Positions 26,986 to 40,285 of a DNA stretch of 64,000 bases are shown one piece after another. The stretch is taken from contig OX597816.1 in the NCBI GenBank assembly GCA_951406725.2, positions 59,024,001 to 59,088,000 on the forward strand, written 5' to 3'. Below the pieces are notes generated by a model. The model saw nothing but the letters and a program-made list of their open reading frames with translations, was not told where the DNA came from and ran no database searches. This DNA comes from Octopus vulgaris. Lineage: Eukaryota. The first letter of the stretch is position 1, and each line of letters opens with the position of its first letter. The position numbers were made by a program, and so were the translations under genes.

Positions 26986-28700
26986 TCAGGCCATATCCCG
27001 TGGCCCCTACCTGGGACGTAGTCGATCCACCTGTGCATACCTTCCTTCTTGTGACACTTGTGAAGACCTGCTGAGGCAAGGGAAAATCAATCAAAATAGA
27101 TGAACATCAATGGAATTTGTATCTTTGTGGTACCAGTGCCTGTGGCACACAAGAAAACCATCCGAACGTGGCCGTAGCCAGTACCACATCGACTGGCCTC
27201 CGTGCTGTGGGAACATGGTGGCACATAAAAACACCATCCGAAGACCCGGCAAGACTAGTCAGGCCATAACCCATGGCCCCTACCTGGGACATAGTCAGTC
27301 CACCTGTGCATACCTTCCTCCTTGTGATACTTGTGAAGGCCTGTTGAGGCAAGTGAAAATCAAAATCAAATCAAAACAAATCAAAATAGATGAACATCAA
27401 TGGAATTTGTATCTTTGTGGTACTAGTGCCGGTGGCACACAAGAGAAAACCATCCGAAAGTGGCCGTAGCCAGTACCGCATCGACTGGCCTCCGTGCTGT
27501 GGGCGCATGACAAACACCATCCGATCGTGGCCGTTCGCCAGCCTCATCTGGCACCTGTGTCGGTGGCACATAAAAACACCTTCCGAAGACCCGGCAAGAC
27601 TAGTCAGTCCACCTGTGCATACCTTCCTTCTTGTGACACTTGTGAAGACCTGTTGAGGCAAGTGAAAATCAAATCAAATCAAATCAAAATAGATAAACAT
27701 CAATGGAATTTGTATCTTTGTGGTACCAGTGCCTGTGGCACACAAGAAATCCATCCGAACGTGGCCGTAGTCAGTACCGCATCGACTGGCCATCGTACTG
27801 TGGGCACATAACAAACACCATCCGATCGTGGCCGTTCGCCAGCCTCATCTAGCACCTGTGTCGGTGGCACATAAAAACACCATCCGAAGACCCGGCAAGA
27901 CTAGTCAGGCCATATCCCATGGCCCCTACCTGGGACGTAGTCAGTCCAACTGTGCATACCTTCCTCCTTGTGATACTTGTGAAGGCCTGTTGAGGCAAGT
28001 GAAAATCAAAATGAAATCAAATCAAATCAAATCAAATCAAAACAAATCAAAATAGATGAACATTAATGGAATTGTATCTTTGTGGTACCAGTGCCGGTGG
28101 CACACAAGAAAACCATCCGAACGTGGCCGTAGCCAGTACCGCACCGACTGGCCTCCGTGCTGTGGGCACGTAACAAACACCATCCGATCGTGGCCGTTCG
28201 CCAGCCTCATCTGGCACCTGTGTCGGTGGCACATAAAAACACCATCCGAAGTCCCGGCAAGACTAGTCAGGCCATAACCTGTGGCCCCTACCTGGGACGT
28301 AGTCGATCCACCTGTGCATACCTTCCTTCTTGTGACACTTGTGAAGACCTGTTGAGGCAAGTGAAAATCAAAACAAATCAAAATAGATGAACATCAATGG
28401 AATTTGTATCTTTGTGGTACCAGTGCTGGTGGCACGTGGCACACAAGAAAACCATCCGAACGTGGCCGTAGCCAGTACCGCATCGACTGGCCTCCGTGCT
28501 GTGGGCACGTAACAAACACCATCCGATCGTGGCCGTTTGCCAGCCTCATCTGGCACCTGTGTCGGTGGCACATAAAAACACCATCCGAGCGTGGCCGTCT
28601 GCCAGCCTCGTCTGGCACCTGTGTCGGTGGCACATAAAAAACACCATCCGAGCGTGGCCGTTTGCCAGCCTCGTCTGGCACCTGTGTCGGTGGCACATAA
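26986..28700 (+). repeat. Imperfect tandem array of ~280-360 bp units (about 5) plus ~60-bp subrepeats in the LINE 3' region
   Basis: Recurring anchor aaatagatgaacatcaatggaatttgtatctttgtggtaccagtgc near 27095, 27385, 27687, 28050 and 28381; the unit aacaccatccga...ggcacctgtgtcggtggcacataaaa is repeated three times in 28515-28700. Confidence 0.85.
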
Positions 28701-28857
28701 AATCACCCACTACACTCTCGGAGTGGTTGGCGTTAGGAAGGGCATCCAGCTGTAGAAACACTGCCAGATCTGACTGGACTGGTGCAGCTTTCGGGCTCCC
28801 CAGACCCCAGTTGAACCGTCCAACCCATGCTAGCATGGAAAGCGGACGTTAAATGAT

Positions 28858-29050
<193 letters not shown>

Positions 29051-29868
29051 ACAATGGGCTTCTTTCAGTTTCTGACTACCAAATCCACTCACAAGGCTTT
29101 TGTAGAAAACTCCTGCCTAAGGTGTCTTGCAGTGGGACTGAACCTTGAACCCTGTTGTTGGGAAGCAAGCTTCTTACCACACAGCCACTCCTGCGCCTAT
29201 CACAGCCATTGTAACATTTATTTTTTTTTCTTGTCTTTGATCAGTAAGTGCTATTTACTATTTGCTTCTATCTAGAAATCAAAGGAAGTGACTGTTATTC
29301 TCTTCATACTTTGTGGGGTTTTTTTTTTTTTTTTGAGCTGGACATCAATGTTTTGAAACTGACCTATTTTCCTTTACATTTCAGACAGATTCAGCACTGA
29401 GTTGCTGAAGCAGCAATATCATTATAGCTAATATTCTGCTCAGTATCACAGATCTGCTTGTCATTTGCTTGACCATAACCACTTGAGCATGTCCATTCGT
29501 GGCTGACAATATGTACATCTCTGATTATGAGCAGTAGTAATGGGCTGGTGGGGGGGGGGGGGCATTATAGCCATGTGTTTAAAGGAATTCTTAGGGATTT
29601 GAATAACTCACCTCTGGAAACATGGGTGTTTCATTCATTAGGAGTAGTGGGGTGAGGAAATCATTGCCATGTGTTGAGAAGGATTCTTTGGGGTTTGGAT
29701 AAATATTGTAACAAAAGCAAAGTTTAAGGCAATATTAGCCGTTTTTCATACTCTCTAAGTGTAAGCCAATAAGAAATAACAGTTGCTACACAGGGACAAA
29801 AATCATGTTACACAGTGTAATTTAATACTATTTGATAGCTATTAATTAACAATTTGTCTCTATTGTAG

Positions 29869-29993
29869 ATTCCGTCAAAAGTTAGCAGAGCTCCTACAAA
29901 GCAATAAGGTGCAGTACACAATTATATTTTTTGTGATCATTGATGGTCTTATAGTCATTCTTGAACTGCTAATTGACTTGGACATCATTAAAC
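29869..29993 (+). CDS. HVCN1: Voltage-gated proton channel (Hv/HVCN1 family), exon encoding S0-S1 with the selectivity-filter Asp
   Basis: Acceptor tctattgtag|, donor |gtaagt. Reads FRQKLAELLQSNKVQYTIIFFVIIDGLIVILELLIDLDIIK, which aligns with human Hv1 [40 protein letters not shown]. The Asp codon GAT at 29942-29944 corresponds to D112. Starts phase 2, ends phase 1. May be a mollusc Hv paralogue rather than the strict orthologue. Confidence 0.92.
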
Positions 29994-30649
29994 GTAAGTA
30001 GAAATAATTTAGTCCTTTAATTGATTTTTACAACCTGAGAAGATCGTGTTCAAGAACTGTATATATTCCACCACATACAACTGTAACATATTCATCATCA
30101 TCATCACCATCACCATCATCATCACCATCACCATCATCATCACCATCACCATCATCATCATCATCGTCATCGTCATCGTCATCATCATCATCAACATCAT
30201 CATCATCGTCGTCGTCATCGTCGTCGTCTTCATCATCATCATCATCATCATCATCAATATCATCATTTTAGTCTCCACTTTTCCATGCTTGCATGGATTG
30301 GATGGAATTTGATAAGGTGGATATTCTACAGACAAATGCTCTTCCTGTTGCTGTCACATGTTTCCAAGTAAAGTAACATTTCCCTATGACCAGACATACC
30401 TCGGAAGATTGGAACTGACAGACACTGCTTGCATTATAATGACACATTTACAGCTATCATGACATGTCAGGGCAAGGAAACAGTTATATACACACACACA
30501 CACACAAACACCATACATGCACACACGCACACGCACATGCATACATAAACATACATATATACATGCACACACACACACATACATGTGGAAGTTCCAGAAT
30601 AATAGATTATTAAACCCTATTCTGGTATTGAGTATTTCTTTTTATGGAT

Positions 30650-31287
30650 GAGGAGATCTGTGTAAAGAAGTGCCACTCCCAAACAGTGGAAGGAATCCGG
30701 AGTAGGGGGAGACCCAGGAAGATATAGAATGAGGTGGTGAAGCTTGACCTTTGAACGTTGGGCCTCACAGACGCAATGACAAAGGACCAAGACCTCTGGA
30801 GATATGCTGTGACTGTGAAGGTCCGGCAAATAAAGTGAGTTCACAGCTGTAACCTACACAATTGTTGCATAACCAGTCCACTCAAAAGTACCTTGGATCA
30901 TAGGGGGACGTGCTGTGCTTGAGGAGACCTATTGAGTCAAGTACATCAAAGCCAAAATCAAATGGAAATTGTAGTTGTGATCCCCGTGCCAGTGGCACGT
31001 AAAAAGCATCATCTAAATGTGGTCAATGCCAGCGCCACCTTAACTGACTTCCATGCCAGTGGCACATAAAAAGCACCTACCAATTGTGGTCGTTGCCAGC
31101 CCCCTCAGCCCCTGTGCTGGTGGCATGTAAAAAGCACCCACTACACTCTCGGGGTGGTTGGCATTAGGAAGGGCATCCAGCTGTAGAAACACTGCCAGAT
31201 CAGACTGGAGCCTGGTGCAGCCCCTTGGCTTCCCAGACCCCAGTAAAACCGTCCAACCCATGCCACCATGGAAAACGGACATTAAAC

Positions 31288-31318
<31 letters not shown>
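30650..31318 (+). mobile_element. Diverged 3' fragment of the RTE family seen at 23737
   Basis: Similar to 26800-26980 (gacccaggaa...gaggtggtgaagc), with the same tail and a (GAT)n end. Confidence 0.75.
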
Positions 31319-31320
<2 letters not shown>

Positions 31321-31650
31321 TATTAAACAAACAATATCATTATTTTTGTTTTCATTCATAGGCAACATTTTACATGTATGGATTAATTCTTCACCTGCAT
31401 TTCTCAAAAGTATTTCAAACATTTGTTCCATTTATGCACACCACAGTGCTTCAAGCAAATGGCAACTCTCTTTTACTTATATATATATTTCTAGTATGCA
31501 ACTGATTATAGGCATATCTCTCTGAATCACAATCTTATAAACTTATACACACCATTCTAGAATTCCATTCTCATATCTTAGTTTTGCCAATTCTACTTTG
31601 TCCTATTCTGTTTCTATTCTCTATTATTATTGTCATCATCATCATCATCA

Positions 31651-31699
<49 letters not shown>

Positions 31700-31763
31700 G
31701 ATTATTATTAGTAGTAGTATTATCACTATTACTATTATTATTGTTATTGTTATTATTATTATT

Positions 31764-32188
31764 AAGGCAGCGAGTTGTCAGAATGATTAGCACACTGGGT
31801 GAAATGCTTAGCGGTACTTCACTCATCGCTATGTTCTGAGTTCAAATTCTGCCAAGGTCAATAAGTTAAGTACCAGTTGAATACTGGGGTCAATATAATC
31901 AACTTACTGCTCCCCCAAATTTCAGGCCTTGTGCCTATAGTAAAAAGGATTACTATTATTATTACTATTATAATATTATTATGACAGTGAGCTCTCAGAA
32001 TCATTAGCACACCAGGGAAAATGCTTAGTAGTATTTCATCTGCCTTCACGTTCTGAGTTCAAATTCCGCTGAGGTTGACTTTGCCTTTCATCCTTTCGGG
32101 GTCGATAAATTAAGTACCAGTAAAACACTTGGGTTGATAAAATGAAACAGTCCCCTCCCCCTCAATTTTATTTTTATTATTATTATTG

Positions 32189-32240
<52 letters not shown>

Positions 32241-32515
32241 CATTATTATTATCATCATCATTATCATTATTATTATTATTAATATTATTACAATATTATT
32301 ATTATGGCAATAAACTGGCAGAATTGTTAGCACACCAGGCAAAATGCTTAGTGGTATTTTATCTCTCTTCATATTCTGAGTTCAAATTCCACTGGGGTCA
32401 ACTTTGCTTTTTGTTCTTTGGGGTCGATAAATAAGCATCAGTCAAGTACTGGGGTTGATGTAATCAACTATCCCCCTTCCCCAAATTTCAGGCCTTGTGC
32501 CTATAGTAGAAAAGA
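31764..32515 (+). mobile_element. Three tandem family-A SINEs embedded in (TTA)n tracts
   Basis: Repeated head ggcagcgagttgtcagaatgattagcac...ttctgagttcaaattc at ~31764, ~31985 and ~32306. Confidence 0.8.
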
Positions 32516-32530
32516 TTATTATTATCATCA

Positions 32531-32600
<70 letters not shown>

Positions 32601-34046
32601 GTGAGAACATATGGCTTAATGGTTAGAGCATTGTAGTCATGATCACGAGATTGTGTTTTCAGTTCCTAGACTGAGTGGTGTGTTGTGTTCTTGAGCAAAA
32701 CACTTCATCTTGCGATCTCTTCAATGCCTGATGCATGGTACACTGTGCACCCGTTCAGGCTACACTGATTTGATGGGGGGAGTGAGGTAATGTACAACAC
32801 ATATATTCAATCACTATAAACAAATCATTTGTGCAGGTTATTTGGCAAAAAGGCTCAATATTTATTCATACGTTGTCTTCAACAGGAGAATCCATCATTA
32901 TTATTATTAACAGTGTTTTGGGGGTTTTTTTCTGTAAATAACTGTTTAAAACTTTGGCTCAGGGCCAGCAATTTTGAAAGGAGAGAAGCAAATCAATTAC
33001 ATTGACTTCAGTATTCAACTGGCATATTTTATTGATCTTGAAAGGATGAAAGGCAAAGTCAGCCTCAGTACTTGAACTCTGAATGCAAAGCCAGAAAAAA
33101 TGCAGCCAAGCACCCTGTCTGGTACCTCTCTTACCTCTCAAACCTAGCATAAGCCACCTCCCTCAATACTACGCCCCACTCTATCACAGTGTCTAGTCTT
33201 ACAAGCTGCTTGGCAACCTGAATAGTGTTGGTGACATGAAAAAGCATCTAGTACACTTTGTAGAGTAGTTGATGTTAGGATGGGCATCCAGCTATAGAAA
33301 CCATGCCAAAACTGACATTGGAACTTGAAACAGGCTTCTGACCTGTCAGGTTCTGTCAAATCATCAAACCCATACCAACATGGAATACAAATGTTCAATA
33401 ATGGTAAGGATGATGATGACAGTAATGATGGTGGTGGTGGTGGTGGTGGTGTGGGAGTGATGGCAGCGGTAGTGGTGGTGATTATTCTTTGGAGAATTTT
33501 CATTTGTTAATTAAAATATCCCTTCCCAGTATTTATTGCTCCATAATAAATTACTCTGGTAATGTTACATAATACTGGAAAAGTATTGCCAAAATGTAAA
33601 TGCTGAAAATTTTGTTCATAAGCTCTAACATGTGTTCTGGTTGGATCTGATATCTCTATTAATGGCATATGGATTCTATCCTGTATGGAATCTGAAAGTG
33701 GTGAGCTGGAAGAATAGTTAGTATATTGAACAAAAAGCTTAGTTGCATTTCTTCTGGCTCTTTACATTGTGGGTTCAAATCCTGCTGAGGTCAACTTTGC
33801 CTTTCATCCCTTCAGTTGATAAAATAAAGTACCAGTCAAGTATATGGGTCAATGTAAACAACTTGCTCCATCCATTAAAAACTGCTAACCTTGTGTCTAA
33901 AGTAGAATGAATAATTAATGGATGCTGTTATGTAGGAATCTAATGCTGATATAACATATTAGAAACAGTTCAATTAACAACAAATATAATTGCATTTTGT
34001 TTTAATTTTAATTTACTTTATATTTGATATTTTCTGTCTTTAATAG

Positions 34047-34459
34047 TTTCAGATAAGCCACATGGTCATGTAGAATCCCATGAAGTGGAATCACATGGGA
34101 GTCCCCATGACTCTCAAGACTCAACTACTCTCCTCTCTATATTATCCAACGAAGATGATTTCAATGAAGACCACCAAGTGGTGTATCACAGAGGACATCA
34201 TAATCCAGCTCTGGTGAAAACACATGGCCGACATCATAACTATCACGATGAACATTCTATGGTCACTCAAGCTATTACAACTTTGAGTCATATCTTGCTA
34301 AATAGTACGAGTGACTATGAAGGGGATGACAACAACAGCATCTCTCATGGAGAGGATCATGGTCATGGAGGAGGGCACCATGGCCATTCCGACAAAGAAA
34401 TTGCAGAACATACCCTCCATTATGCTAGCCTTGCTATCCTGTGTATCTTTCTTGTTGAG
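34047..34459 (+). CDS. HVCN1: Hv channel exon: long His-rich S1-S2 loop plus S2
   Basis: Acceptor ttaatag| (an alternative in-frame tttcag| gives start 34053), phase 1 matching the previous donor; donor GAG|gtaagc, phase 0. Ends EHTLHYASLAILCIFLVE, matching human VFHYMSITILVFFMME (H140, F150, E153 equivalents). Overlaps track ORF 34085..34528. Confidence 0.9.
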
Positions 34460-35143
34460 GTAAGCATGTTTTCCTGCTATTCTTTCCAATCTCAGCAAGA
34501 GGTGATTAAGAATATGAGGAAAAAGTAATTCTTTCAACAAGTTCCTTTTGTACAAAGTCAATATTTCAGTTTCTCTTTCCTCAAGAATTGGTACCATTCT
34601 TCATGGGTCGTTAGATTTGTTAACAATGATTAGAACCATTCAAATTCTCAGAACTATAGTACTATTCTTAAGAACAAAAATGTATTTGTTTATTTATGTT
34701 TGTGAAAAGTGTAACAGAAATAATTGTCTAATTCTGGCATCAATTTCATTAGGTTAGAAGGGATTTGGAATTTATATCTTTATACCTTATCTTCATTGGT
34801 GTTCAAATTGCAATTGTATGTGGGCACTAGAATGTAGCCTGAGGGGGAAAGAGCAGTAGGGTGCCCTAAAACCACATGGCAAAGGGCAATTGACAAGGAA
34901 AGGAGATGAGAAGGGTAGAGAAACTGGAATTAGATCAGAACAATGGCAGAAGGCAGAGCTGGTTGGAGAGATTATGTTGTGGCTTTATGTGCCCCATGGC
35001 ACAGAGAGAATTAACTAACCATAAGTCACTCTATTCTATTCTTAATTTTAATTGAAAGAAAAGGGTGATAATTATACACAGGATATATGAATATGAAAGG
35101 AAAAATTTGTACCAAGATTTAACATAAAATTAGGAGTGCAACA

Positions 35144-35351
35144 CATACATGAGTGCAACTTATACATGAGTGTGACTTATACATCAGTACAGCTTATACA
35201 TGAGCATGACTTATACATGAGTGTGACTTATACATGAGTGCAACTTATACATGAATGCAAATTATACAGGAGTGTAACTTGCACATTAGTGTGACTGATA
35301 CACATGCAGGATTTATACATGAGTGTGACTCATACATGACTAAATATAGTA
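35144..35351 (+). repeat. ~12 x 17-bp tandem repeat, probably the decayed terminus of a Tc2/pogo-type transposon
   Basis: Unit atacatgagtgtgactt; the array ends taaatatagta, compatible with CpG-decayed ...aaatacggta. Confidence 0.6.
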
Positions 35352-35549
35352 GGTAATTAGGTCTTAGAATATATACAGAAAATAGAGCAAAATAGTCATT
35401 GATATAAATAAACATAAGTTAGTAAAAGATCTTCAGTTATAGAAATAAAGTGTTTTCCCAATGCTTTCACTGTTCTATGTTTAGTTTCTTTTATGTTAAA
35501 TAATTGAACACTGTTGTTTGCTATTATTGTCATTAATTTATAATTTTAG

Positions 35550-35603
35550 GTCATATGTAAAGTTATAGCTGAAGGAACTCACCTATTGAAGCATAAAGCT
35601 GAA
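35550..35603 (+). CDS. HVCN1: Hv channel exon: end of S2 and S2-S3 linker
   Basis: Acceptor taattttag|, donor |gtatgt; 54 nt, phase 0/0. Reads VICKVIAEGTHLLKHKAE, the same length as human IIFKLFVFRLEFFHHKFE, with K, HK and E conserved. Confidence 0.88.
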
Positions 35604-36064
35604 GTATGTATATATATCCTTTCATTTCCAAATGTTGTTAACAAAATAATGAAATAATTATGATGAAGTTTCTTTTTCAAATATATTGTAAATAAGACTC
35701 TTAACTCTTTGCCTGTCCTATGCATCACATGTGACACACAACACATATTTCCCTTGTGTCCATGTATCATATCTGATACACATTCACAATTCTTTTTTTC
35801 AACTACTAGAGTGGCTTGGGTGTTATGAAAGGAAAGCTAAGGGCAAAATAAATGTCCAAAAACAAGCATAGACATCTGGGACAGACTTATGAAAATGCTT
35901 TAGATAGTCAAAAGGTTTAATGTTAATTACAAAATAAAATTTGATGCTGGATATTTATTTGTTTACTTTTCGTATTAATTAGTTTATTTATTTTCTTTTA
36001 TTCTTTTTGACAAGCCTTTCTCCTTTAAGTTATAACTGAATTGAATATATAAGTATATGTGTGA

Positions 36065-36176
<112 letters not shown>

Positions 36177-36183
36177 GCATACT

Positions 36184-36237
<54 letters not shown>

Positions 36238-36853
36238 CAGCCATCCAAGAATACATAAATCAGAAAAATATGCACTCATACATTTGTCAATAGGGTAAGT
36301 ATATTAGCTGAAGTGTACAGTATTATATATCCAGTATGGCTGATCTTACCAATCATCTCCATAGTGGGGGTTCAATGGAATGTAACTTTATGCTCTTCAG
36401 AGTTCACAGTTATGGAAGAAAACATGGTGTTTTCTTCCATATCTGTCAGCTCTAAAGAGCACAGGGTTACACAATCAGGCTATTATCTAAGCATTCTGTT
36501 GAACGCCCACTGTGAAACCGATTTATAAGATCAGTCGAATGGATATACAATACTGTACACTTCAATTAATCATCATCATCGTTATCATCATCATCATCAT
36601 CATTTAACGTCCGTTTTCCATGCTAGCATGGGTTGGACAGTTCGACTGGGGTCTGGGAAGCCAGGAGGCTGCACCAGGCTCCAGTCTGATCTGGCAGTGT
36701 TTCTACAGCTGGATGCCCTTCCTAACGCCAACCACTCTGTGAGTGTAGTGGGTGCTTTTTACGTGCCACCGGCACAGGTGCCAGAGGAGGCTGACAACGG
36801 CCACAATCGGTTGGTGCTTTTTATATACACACATACATACATACATACATACA

Positions 36854-36884
<31 letters not shown>

Positions 36885-37355
36885 CCATTCAATTGAGCTA
36901 TATCTGTATTTACTTTCATATATTCCCATCTTTATAGAGATTCATTTTATTTAATCAAATAGCTTTTACTTAATCCTCAGGAACATTTGCTCTTTCTCTA
37001 TCTGTCTCTCTCACTTTCTCACTCTCTCTCTCTCTCTCTCTCTTTCCCAATCCACCCCCCCTCTCTCTCTCTCTCTTTTCAATAGCTCTAATCAAGCAGT
37101 AACCACATTTCCTTCCTTTCAAACAGTATTGATTATTACAAGGATTTCTTGAATGTCAACATGGAGACAGAATGTGGTCATCGTTGCTGAAGATACATAT
37201 TTGTTGGAACCTTAACAATTCATCAACAAATTACTATTTCATGTCGTTAACATATGATACATTTACAAATGTCTTCACATTACTTCACTAAGTCAACAAA
37301 TAAAAGGAAAACATTTATAAAGGTCTTTATCCAAATGTTTCCATCTCCAAATGCT

Positions 37356-37406
<51 letters not shown>

Positions 37407-37549
37407 TTTATTTGTTACGGAATAAAAATTTTCGGCATAACAGGGATTCAAATTATTCTCAATGAAGAAATATATATTTTCATTTAGAGATAGTAGGCCC
37501 CTTCATCTCACCATATAAAAAGAATTTTTATTTTAAATTCCTACTGTTT

Positions 37550-37658
37550 TATAACTTGGCTACACGTGTTTCATGAGGTACATTTCCCAGTTTCTAAACC
37601 ACGCCATGTTTTGCTGGAACCCTTCTTAAAATGTAACCTTGATCATCAGGCCCTTATA
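37550..37658 (-). ncRNA. Hammerhead ribozyme motif on the left foldback arm
   Basis: Minus strand: tataagggc CTGATGA tcaaggttacattt...aaatgtacctcat GAAAC ACGT GTA gccaagttata. Confidence 0.62.
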
Positions 37659-37693
37659 TCACTATACTTTAGTATTGAATGATGATAAAGTGA

Positions 37694-37802
37694 TATAACG
37701 GCCTGATGATTGGGGTTACATTTTAAGAAGGGGTCCAGCAAAACATGGAGTGGTTTAGGAACTGGGAAATGTACCTCATGAAACATGTGTAGCCAAGTTA
37801 TA
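37694..37802 (+). ncRNA. Hammerhead ribozyme motif on the right foldback arm
   Basis: tataacggc CTGATGA t tggggttacattt...aaatgtacctca t GAAAC ATGT GTA gccaagttata; U-U at 10.1/11.1. Confidence 0.62.
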
Positions 37803-37870
37803 AAACAGTAGGTATTTAAAATAAAAATTCTTTTTTATATGGTGAGATGAAGGGGCCTACTATCTCTAAA

Positions 37871-37943
<73 letters not shown>

Positions 37944-38117
37944 GTGGGTGTGGCTAATTGGTTAAGAAGCTTGCTTTACAACCATGTAGTTTTGGGTTCA
38001 GTTTCACTTTGTTAGGAAAGTGTCTTCTACTATAGCCCCAGGCTGACCAATGTCTTGTAAGTGAATTTGGTAGACAGAAATGGTGTGGAAGGTGGAAGCC
38101 TGTTGTATATATACATA

Positions 38118-39000
38118 TACAAGGTGCAATGGGTAAATTATCACCATTTTTTATATTTTTAATTTTGCGCATGCACATTGTTTGTTTATGATTTTGCCAA
38201 CCACACAGTACAGTAGGGTCAGCTGGGCACCATCTGTGAGAAAAACAGCACCATGACGCAATTCACTTTGCCAGAAATTTGGAAACATCATGCTGTACTG
38301 CTTGGCATTCGTGCTGGAAGCTCCAATACAAACATTTCAGAGTGTTTAGATGTCAATCTGAGGACAGTGCAATCAGAGGACATGTACTGAGAGTGATAAA
38401 AATCAAACATCCAGTCAACACCATGGTGTTTGGAGTGATCACTAGTGATGGTAATGTTATGCCCCCATTCATCTTCCCATACAGCCTCAAATTCATCACA
38501 GAGGCCCACATCAAGTGCCTGGAGGAGGTAGTGCTGCTGTGTGTCTATAGGGTGGCTGCTGGAAGACCCTATGTCTGGCAACAGGACTTAGCACCATGCC
38601 ACACAAGCAGGAGAACCCAAATTATGGTTGTCAAACAAGTTTTGCAACCACATCATCCCTAACATCTGGCCACCTTTCTCCTCAGAATGCAACACCCTTG
38701 ATTATTATGTGTGGGGTACAGTTGAGTGAGAGACCAACAAAACTTCTTGTGATACCAAAGATGAATTGAAGGCAAGGATTATGGTAGTGTTCACCAATTT
38801 AAACAAGGAAACCATCCAGAAGAGTTGCAGGAGATTCTGAAGTCATCTGGAGGCCATAGTTGACGTCAGTGGCGATTTTATCAAATAGATTTACTCTTTA
38901 ATATTCCAAGAAAATTTTATGTAATTTCGGTAAATATATCTGTTGAGACGTCAGTGCTTTCATTTTTTGCCCAATTTAGACGACAGTTTATTCACCACAT
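38118..39000 (+). mobile_element. Tc1/mariner-superfamily transposon remnant
   Basis: KHPVNTMVFGVITSDG...GRPYVWQQDLAPCHTSRRTQ followed by frameshifted WPPFSSECNTLDYYVWG; degenerate terminal inverted repeats. Confidence 0.8.
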
Positions 39001-39330
39001 CATCATCATCATCATCATCGTTTAACGTCCGTTCTCCATGCTAGCATGGGTTGGACGGTTCGACCGGGGATCTGGGAAGCCAGAAGGCTGCACCAGGCTC
39101 CAGTCTTATCTGGCAGTGTTTCTACAGCTGGATGCCCTTCCTAACGCCAACCACTCCGTGAGTGTAGTGGGTGCTTTTTACGTGCCACCTGCACAGGTGC
39201 CAGGCGAGGCTGGCAATGGCCACGGTCGGATTGGTGTATTTTATGTGCCACCGGTACGGAAGCCAGATGAGGCGGTGCTGGCATCAGCCACGAGTCGGAT
39301 GGTGCTTTTTACGTACCACCAGACCAGGGA
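39000..39330 (-). mobile_element. Short copy of the RTE 3' tail (others at ~4410-4568, ~21052-21200, ~36570-36820, ~49045-49350)
   Basis: (CAT)n tttaacgtccgttctccatgctagcatgggttggacgg is the reverse complement of the LINE terminus at 28700-28860. Confidence 0.85.
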
Positions 39331-39339
39331 TCCTGGGAT

Positions 39340-39376
<37 letters not shown>

Positions 39377-39711
39377 CAAGAAGTTGAGGTTATAAGAGAT
39401 AATGGGGCCATTGAGACCCAAAGGTGCCAGGTAATGCTGAATATGTGCTGTAGACAGACCATAGTTAAGGGAATCTTACATTGCTTATAGACTCTATATT
39501 TGGAAGGACCCATTTTTAACTCTGTTGGACTTTTGGACTTTACTCATAGGATATAGGAATATTGCATATATACCATTATGCCTAAGAAATGGATTTACAA
39601 AAAATGGATTTAATATCCATACATATCTTGCATCTATTTTCTTTCCTCCACCTCACTCTCTATTTTGTATCACATCTAAACTAACTATGACTTAACCATC
39701 CTCTCATACCA

Positions 39712-39761
39712 TCTCTGATGAAGGGATATAATTAATAAATATCCTAGAAACAGCTGTAAGA
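39712..39761 (+). ncRNA. Minimal hammerhead ribozyme motif
   Basis: tct CTGATGA a gggatat aattaataa atatcct a GAAAC AGCT GTA aga: palindromic loop III, 3-bp stem I. Confidence 0.6.
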
Positions 39762-39878
39762 CCTTCTATCTATAAATGCTCTAATATCTACACAGCTTTG
39801 GTTTTTTTATCTCATTACGGAAAAAATTCTTATATATATATATATATATATGTATGTATATATATATTATATAGAAGG

Positions 39879-39929
39879 AGCTTCTATAGGACTAGAACTG
39901 TTTCATTCAAGAGAAATCTTCAGGAAGCT
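39879..39929 (-). ncRNA. Degenerate hammerhead ribozyme motif
   Basis: Minus strand: agcttc CTGAAGA t ttc tctt gaa t GAAA cag ttctagtc ct ATA gaagct; 6-bp stem I, C-A mismatch at the base of stem III. Confidence 0.5.
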
Positions 39930-40254
39930 AGTTAACAAGAATTGTATTGGCATTTATACATTTAGGCAGGTTTAAAGGGGTGGTGGTGGGGGACTTTTTG
40001 GGGGTAGGCATAGCGCAAAAATATCATACTTGGGGGAGTGGTCAAGGAGTCAGTGGTAAATTAGATAAAAGAATAAATAAAAGAATAAAAAAATATATAG
40101 AAGAATAGAGTTTTAGGTAAATAAGGAGATTCTCACTTATACCTATACACATATGTATACATATATACACACACACACACACATATACATACACACATAC
40201 ATACACACACACACATATATACATACACATATATATACATACATATATCTACAT

Positions 40255-40285
<31 letters not shown>

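Larger units (their letters stand above)
37479..37874. repeat. Imperfect foldback with ~185-bp arms and a 25-nt spacer
   Basis: 37479-37663 is approximately the reverse complement of 37689-37874, with scattered mismatches; flanked by TA-rich microsatellite. Confidence 0.92.

Noticed and set aside
27100-28700. Repeat array resembling a CRISPR or a coding repeat; many overlapping ORFs
   Set aside because: No unique spacers and no cas genes; the units are long LINE 3' UTR duplications and the ORFs are by-products.
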